A stretch of DNA of 64,000 nt from Acidobacteriota bacterium. GTDB lineage: Bacteria > Acidobacteriota > UBA890 > WLXD01. Both the position numbers and the translations under genes were made by a program. The notes beneath the pieces are model-generated. The model worked only from the letters and a program-made list of their open reading frames with translations, was not told the origin of the DNA and searched no databases. The stretch is taken from positions 320,001 through 384,000 of the forward strand of contig CAXWPH010000014.1 in the NCBI GenBank assembly GCA_963666055.2. The letters are read 5' to 3'. Positions 59,082 to 64,000 of this stretch are shown piece by piece (positions within the stretch are counted from its first letter, which is position 1; every line of letters begins with the position of its first letter).

Positions 59082-60521
59082 ATGGTCCGCACACCGCTGC
59101 TCTCGATCGTACTCCTGACCGGTCTGGTCGCTCCTGCCGAGGCGCGCCCACAAGCCTCCGCCCCGCCGCCGCCCGCCGTCGACCCGCGTATCTATGAGCT
59201 CGTCGACGCGACCTCTGCCGACCGCGTCGAGGCGGATATCCGGCGCCTGGTTGGCTTCGGCACCCGTCACACGATGTCGGAGACGGAGTCGCAAACCCGG
59301 GGCATCGGCGCCGCACGCCGCTGGATCAAGGCCGAGCTCGACAATATCTCGGAACAGTGCACCGGCTGCCTCGAGGTGAGCTTCCAACGCTACCTGCAAG
59401 AGGGTGGCCCTAACACCCGCATCCCCACCGATACCGAGATCGTCAACGTCGTTACGATTCTTCGCGGCACGGTGCACCCGAACCGTTACGTGATCATGAG
59501 TGGCGACATCGACTCGCGAGTGTCCGACGGGCTCGACGCCACCAGCGATTCACCCGGCGCCAACGACAACGCTTCCGGACTGGCAGGCACCATCGAAGCG
59601 GCGCGCGTTCTGTCGCGCTACAAGTACGGGTCGAGCATCATCCTAGTGGGGCTGTCCGGAGAGGAGCAGGGCCTATTCGGTGGCCGCCATATGGCGGCCG
59701 TGGCTCGGGCCGAGGGCTGGGATATCGTCGGCATCCTGAACAACGACATGATCGGCAACATCGAGGGCGTCGACGGGGTCATTTCCAACGACACCTTCCG
59801 GGTGTTTTCCGAGCCTACGCCGGTCACCGAGTCGGAGGAGACCCGGCGGCGCAGGCGCACCACCGGTGGCGAGGTCGACGGAGTCTCGCGACAGCTCGCC
59901 CGGTATGTGGCGCGCATAACCGATCTCTACATGACCAACCTGCGGGCCATCATGATCTATCGGCTGGACCGTTTTGGTCGCGGCGGCCACCACCGTCCGT
60001 TCAACGACGCCGGGTTTGCCGGCGTACGCATCATGGAGACGCATGAGAACTACACGCGCCAGCACCAGGACCTGCGCATTGAGGACGGTATCCGCTACGG
60101 CGACGTGATCGAGGGGGTCAACTTCGACTACGCACGCAAGCTGACCGCGGTGAACATTGCGTCGCTGGCAGCGCTTGCCTGGGCGCCGCCTCAACCAGCG
60201 GAGGTGGCGATCTCCGGCGCGGTGCGCCCCGCCGCAACGTTGCGCTGGCTTCGCGGCGACTCGCCGCTGGTCGCCGGATACAAGCTCTACTGGCGCGAGA
60301 CCACGGCACCCCAGTGGCAGAAATCACGCTGGGTCGGCAACGGCAACGCCTGTAGCTTCGAGTCGACGGCGGCTGATGACTGCCGCGAATACACCCTCGA
60401 CGGGCTGGTAATCGACAATTTCCTGTTCGGCGTTGCCGCCGTGGGACGCGATGGCAACGAGAGCGTCGTCGTATTTCCAGGCGCCTCGGCGCAGCTCACG
60501 CCGCCACGATTCCGGCGTTAG
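59082..60521 (+). CDS. M28 family metallopeptidase (secreted)
   Basis: 'GFGTRHT', 'PGANDNASG', 'GEEQGLFG', 'NNDMIG', 'RGGHHRPF'. Confidence 0.92.
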   Translation: MVRTPLLSIVLLTGLVAPAEARPQASAPPPPAVDPRIYELVDATSADRVEADIRRLVGFGTRHTMSETESQTRGIGAARRWIKAELDNISEQCTGCLEVSFQRYLQEGGPNTRIPTDTEIVNVVTILRGTVHPNRYVIMSGDIDSRVSDGLDATSDSPGANDNASGLAGTIEAARVLSRYKYGSSIILVGLSGEEQGLFGGRHMAAVARAEGWDIVGILNNDMIGNIEGVDGVISNDTFRVFSEPTPVTESEETRRRRRTTGGEVDGVSRQLARYVARITDLYMTNLRAIMIYRLDRFGRGGHHRPFNDAGFAGVRIMETHENYTRQHQDLRIEDGIRYGDVIEGVNFDYARKLTAVNIASLAALAWAPPQPAEVAISGAVRPAATLRWLRGDSPLVAGYKLYWRETTAPQWQKSRWVGNGNACSFESTAADDCREYTLDGLVIDNFLFGVAAVGRDGNESVVVFPGASAQLTPPRFRR

Positions 60522-60542
60522 CGGACCGGCGGCAGATTGATC

Positions 60543-61937
60543 ATGGAGCCGCTACCGACGCTCGGCAACGCCGTCGCAGCCCAGCTGAGCTCGATGCTGG
60601 GCAGGCGCTTCAGCACGGCAGACGCCATCCGCAACCATCATGCCCACGGCGAAGGCTGGGACCGACCGGTGCTTCCCGGCGGCGTCTGCTTTCCGGAAGC
60701 CAACCAGGAGGTGGCGGCAATCGTCGGCATTTGCGCCCAACATCGCACCCCCATTGTTCCCTTCGGTGCCGGCAGCTCGCTCGAAGGGCATGTCGTTCCT
60801 CCGGCGCACGGCGTGTCCGTCGACATGACGCGCATGAACCGCATCCTGGAGGTGAGTCAGGAGGATCTCGATTGCCGTGTGCAGGCCGGGGTGACGCGCC
60901 AGCAGCTCGATGCACACCTGCAGCCACAGGGGATGTTCTTCCCTGTCGACCCGGGTGCCGACGCCACGCTGGGGGGCATGGCCGCCACCGGCGCCTCCGG
61001 AACTACCACCGTGCGCTACGGCGCGATGCGCGAGAACGTGCTCGGCCTCACTGTGGTGCTCGCCGACGGAACCATCGTGCAAACCGGAGGTAGAGCACGC
61101 AAGTCTTCGGCCGGCTATGACCTGACGCGATTGTTCATCGGCTCGGAAGGCACGCTGGGAATCATCACCGAGGTACAGCTACGGCTGCGCGGTATTCCGG
61201 AGGCAATCTCGGCAACCGTCTGTCAGTTCGACCGCATCGGCGACGCGGTCGAAACAGTAATCGAGGCAATGCAGATCGGCGTGGATCTGGCACGTAGCGA
61301 GCTCGTCGACGCGCTGACGATGAAGGGCTTCGCGCTACATTCCGGCCTCGACGAGTACGCCCAGCAGCCGACCCTCTTTCTCGAGTTCCATGGCACTCCG
61401 GAATCGGTCGATGAGCAGGCCCGCCTGGTGGCCGAGGTGTGCGCGCGCAACGGTGGCTCCGAGGTACGCCGGGCGAGCCGCAGCGAAGATCGCAGTCGTC
61501 TATGGAAGGCGCGTCACGACGCCTACTACGCCGTCATCGCGCTGGCGCCAGGCAAGCGCGGCATGATCACCGACGCCTGTGTGCCACTGTCCCGGCTCAC
61601 CGAATGTATCGAGGCGACACAATCCGATATCGAGGAGCACGGGCTGCTCGCCCCCATAGTGGGGCACATCGGCGACGGCAACTTCCACTGTCAGGTGATG
61701 TGCGACCCCGACGACGAGGACGAAGTTGCGGCGGCCAAGTCGTTCGTGACCCGGCTCGCCGAGCGCGCTATCGACATGGGTGGCACGTGCACCGGCGAGC
61801 ACGGCGTGGGCAGCGGCAAGATTGACTTGGTCGAGCGCGAGCACGGGGCTGCGGTCGATGTCATGCGCGCCATCAAACAGGCCCTGGATCCCCTCAACCT
61901 CATGAACCCGGGCAAGGTGCTGCGGATCGCGCCATGA
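60543..61937 (+). CDS. FAD-linked oxidase, D-lactate dehydrogenase (cytochrome)-like
   Basis: 'PFGAGSSLEG', 'GYDLTRLFIGSEGTLG', 'GHIGDGNFH', 'GEHGVG', 'MNPGK'. Confidence 0.92.
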   Translation: MEPLPTLGNAVAAQLSSMLGRRFSTADAIRNHHAHGEGWDRPVLPGGVCFPEANQEVAAIVGICAQHRTPIVPFGAGSSLEGHVVPPAHGVSVDMTRMNRILEVSQEDLDCRVQAGVTRQQLDAHLQPQGMFFPVDPGADATLGGMAATGASGTTTVRYGAMRENVLGLTVVLADGTIVQTGGRARKSSAGYDLTRLFIGSEGTLGIITEVQLRLRGIPEAISATVCQFDRIGDAVETVIEAMQIGVDLARSELVDALTMKGFALHSGLDEYAQQPTLFLEFHGTPESVDEQARLVAEVCARNGGSEVRRASRSEDRSRLWKARHDAYYAVIALAPGKRGMITDACVPLSRLTECIEATQSDIEEHGLLAPIVGHIGDGNFHCQVMCDPDDEDEVAAAKSFVTRLAERAIDMGGTCTGEHGVGSGKIDLVEREHGAAVDVMRAIKQALDPLNLMNPGKVLRIAP

Positions 61938-61953
61938 GGCGTCGCCATTCCGG

Positions 61954-62532
61954 TCAGCCCGATGCGCTGCTCACTGCCGATCGCCGGCGACTGCCAAACA
62001 CCCGATACAGCAAGTACAGCAAGCCGATGGCGAGGGTGAATGTCACCACCGGCACGAAGATAGACAGCACGGAGCCCGACAAGCTCGCCACGTCCTCCAC
62101 CAGGCTGAGCGCCGGATTGGCGACACCCGCTGTCGAGGCCGACGACACCAGGCGCGCACCCGACTTGGCGGCGTGCACACCGCCCGCTATCGAGCCGCCA
62201 ATAATGATACCGACGACCAGTCCGGTGAGCGGATCGAGGGCGGTAATCGGTGAGGCGGCAGCTACGGCTCCGGCGATCGGTCGCGCCAACGTACCGACCA
62301 CGTCGAGCAGGTGATCGACAACCGGGAACTTGTCGCCGAGCACCTCGGCACCCACCGCAAGCGCAAAGACAGTCAACGCCGGAGTCGAGGCCATCCACTC
62401 GAAGGATCCGCTGAGCGCGATGACTTCGAAGCGGCCCGCCAGGCCCACCACCAACAGGGGCAGGAATGCCCGCAGGCCGGCGGACGCCGCCAGGCCGACG
62501 CCCATCATCAGTTGCCACGCCAGCTCAACCAT
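61954..62532 (-). CDS. DUF4126 domain membrane protein
   Basis: 'GLAASAGLRAFLPLL', 'DKFPVVDHLLD', 'SLVED'. Confidence 0.88.
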   Translation of the reverse strand: MVELAWQLMMGVGLAASAGLRAFLPLLVVGLAGRFEVIALSGSFEWMASTPALTVFALAVGAEVLGDKFPVVDHLLDVVGTLARPIAGAVAAASPITALDPLTGLVVGIIIGGSIAGGVHAAKSGARLVSSASTAGVANPALSLVEDVASLSGSVLSIFVPVVTFTLAIGLLYLLYRVFGSRRRSAVSSASG

Positions 62533-62573
62533 GCGGCGATTCTAGCAGGGCGTGGTGGAAGTGCGGCGGGCCG

Positions 62574-63290
62574 CTAGCCATTGAGCGCCGCCGACTCCTC
62601 CAGCGCCTCTACCACCACATCGGCGATGCGATGCAAGCAAGCTCGGTCGCTGGCGTGCCGCTGGTTGACCTCGAGCTCGATTCCCACGAAACGCTGCGGC
62701 GAATGCGCCCGCCGCATCGCCGGCAAGATACCGTCTGCGGTGCCGCTGTAGGGACGGTTGAACCAGACCACGAGGTCGGTCGTGCGCTCGAATCGAGCCT
62801 TGATATCGGCGCACACGGCGTGTTCGATGCCCCAATGCGGATCGTGTAGGAGGCCGATGTCATTGCCGCGGGCATTTCCCGCCAGCGCCGGCGTGAAGGT
62901 GTGTACGCACACGTGCACGCAACGTCCCTGGCGGGCGACAATCTGGTCGGCGGCAGCCGCCACCCCATCCCGATAGGGGCGGTAGTAGCGATCGATACGA
63001 GACTTCCGATCGCCGGCGCTGAGTCCGTAGTTGAACGGCACGCGATGACCGTCGGAGATCCGCCGGATCAGCATCCGGTTGTCGATCGAGCGGTTCAGAT
63101 CGACTACCAGGCGAGAGAACTCACCACTCCACACCGGCACCTGCCATCGCTCGGCGATGCGTTCGGCAATCACCAGCGCACCCGGATCCCACGCGATGTG
63201 AAGATCCAGCAGGCGTCGATCGAGGGTGAGCTCCTTCGGTAGGCGATTCGACGCGTGCTCACAGGTCACCAGCACCTGTTCACGCAGCAT
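62574..63290 (-). CDS. N-formylglutamate amidohydrolase family protein
   Basis: 'TCEHASNRLP', 'HIAWDPGA', 'SRLVVDLNR', 'HTFTP', 'IELEVNQ'. Confidence 0.9.
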   Translation of the reverse strand: MLREQVLVTCEHASNRLPKELTLDRRLLDLHIAWDPGALVIAERIAERWQVPVWSGEFSRLVVDLNRSIDNRMLIRRISDGHRVPFNYGLSAGDRKSRIDRYYRPYRDGVAAAADQIVARQGRCVHVCVHTFTPALAGNARGNDIGLLHDPHWGIEHAVCADIKARFERTTDLVVWFNRPYSGTADGILPAMRRAHSPQRFVGIELEVNQRHASDRACLHRIADVVVEALEESAALNG

Positions 63291-63422
63291 TGGCAAGTGG
63301 CTCCCCTCGCACGTCCATCGCCGCGGCGGCGGCGCCGGTCGGGTATTGTAGCCAGCGGCTGGTGTACCCGCTGACAGGAGAGAGCTTTGGCGGCAACGCC
63401 CGCGGCGACACAACGCGATCGT

Positions 63423-64000
63423 GTGAGCGAACGGGCCCGGGCGGTCCGCGTCGCTATGGTCATCCAGCGGTTTCGGCCACACTTCTCCGGTCAGGGCGTG
63501 CAGCTCGAGACGCTGGTGCGCGAGCTTGTGGCACAGGGGGCTGAGCCGACCATCTACGCGATCGCGCCGAGCGGCGCCAAGTCGAGCTCGGAAGCTTGCG
63601 CCGGCTACACGATTTGCCGCCTCGCCACAGGTCTGCTGCCGGGACGCCTCCGGTGGACGCCGATCTTCGCGCTGCGCCTGCTGCTGGCACTGCTGCGCGA
63701 CCGACCCGACGTGGTGCATGTGCACACCCTGACCGACGGCCTTTACGGCGCCTGGCTGTATGCGCGGCTGCGCCGCGCCCCCCTGATCTTCGAGATGACG
63801 CTGCTCGGCGATGACGATCCGATGTCGGTGCGCGCCAACCGGGCGCGGCCGCGGGCGCTACGCTGGCGGATGTTCCGCAGTTGCGACGGCTATGTGGCGA
63901 TGTCGCGCGCCTTCCTCGACCCCTATCGGCGGGCATCGCTGCCTGGCGACCGGCTGCGGCTGATCCCGCAAGGTGTCGACGTCGCGCGCTTTCGTGCCGG
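63423..64000 (+). CDS. Glycosyltransferase family 4 protein (3' end outside window)
   Basis: 'VAMVIQRFRPHFSGQG', 'RPDVVHVHT', 'LIPQGVDVARFR'; open to window edge, absent from ORF track. Confidence 0.82.
   Translation, partial: MSERARAVRVAMVIQRFRPHFSGQGVQLETLVRELVAQGAEPTIYAIAPSGAKSSSEACAGYTICRLATGLLPGRLRWTPIFALRLLLALLRDRPDVVHVHTLTDGLYGAWLYARLRRAPLIFEMTLLGDDDPMSVRANRARPRALRWRMFRSCDGYVAMSRAFLDPYRRASLPGDRLRLIPQGVDVARFRA

Overview
GC-rich bacterial chromosomal window, most likely Acidobacteriota (Acidobacterial VWA-domain protein, Hanks-type kinases); the taxon is inferred. From left to right: (1) 1-9.3 kb, an amino-acid/amine catabolic region with an APC permease, SDR, ornithine cyclodeaminase family protein, GcvT-like aminomethyltransferase, two phytoene-desaturase-like flavoproteins and IclR. 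(2) 9.3-14.3 kb, an eroded accessory region downstream of tRNA-fMet, with truncated Ser/Thr kinases, an IS6 remnant and a VWA protein. (3) 14.4-40.9 kb, a cell-surface biosynthesis cluster with three tandem B12-binding radical SAM enzymes, methyltransferases, four GT4s, a nucleotidyltransferase-like protein, amidohydrolase, epimerase, O-antigen-ligase/TPR protein and a WecA/MraY-like transferase. It is split by a ~7.2 kb integrase-less island (17.07-24.26 kb) that sits in the first codons of a GT4 gene, supplies a recoded replacement start, and contains three copies of a promoter-like repeat separating unrelated cargo. (4) 41-64 kb, mostly housekeeping genes, plus a compact locus of two tandem secreted CX3C-X9-CX3C peptides between a redoxin-like gene and a beta-propeller lipoprotein gene, and a ~0.75 kb mini-element sharing an end motif with the larger island. 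All calls come from reading motifs by eye; no database searches were run.
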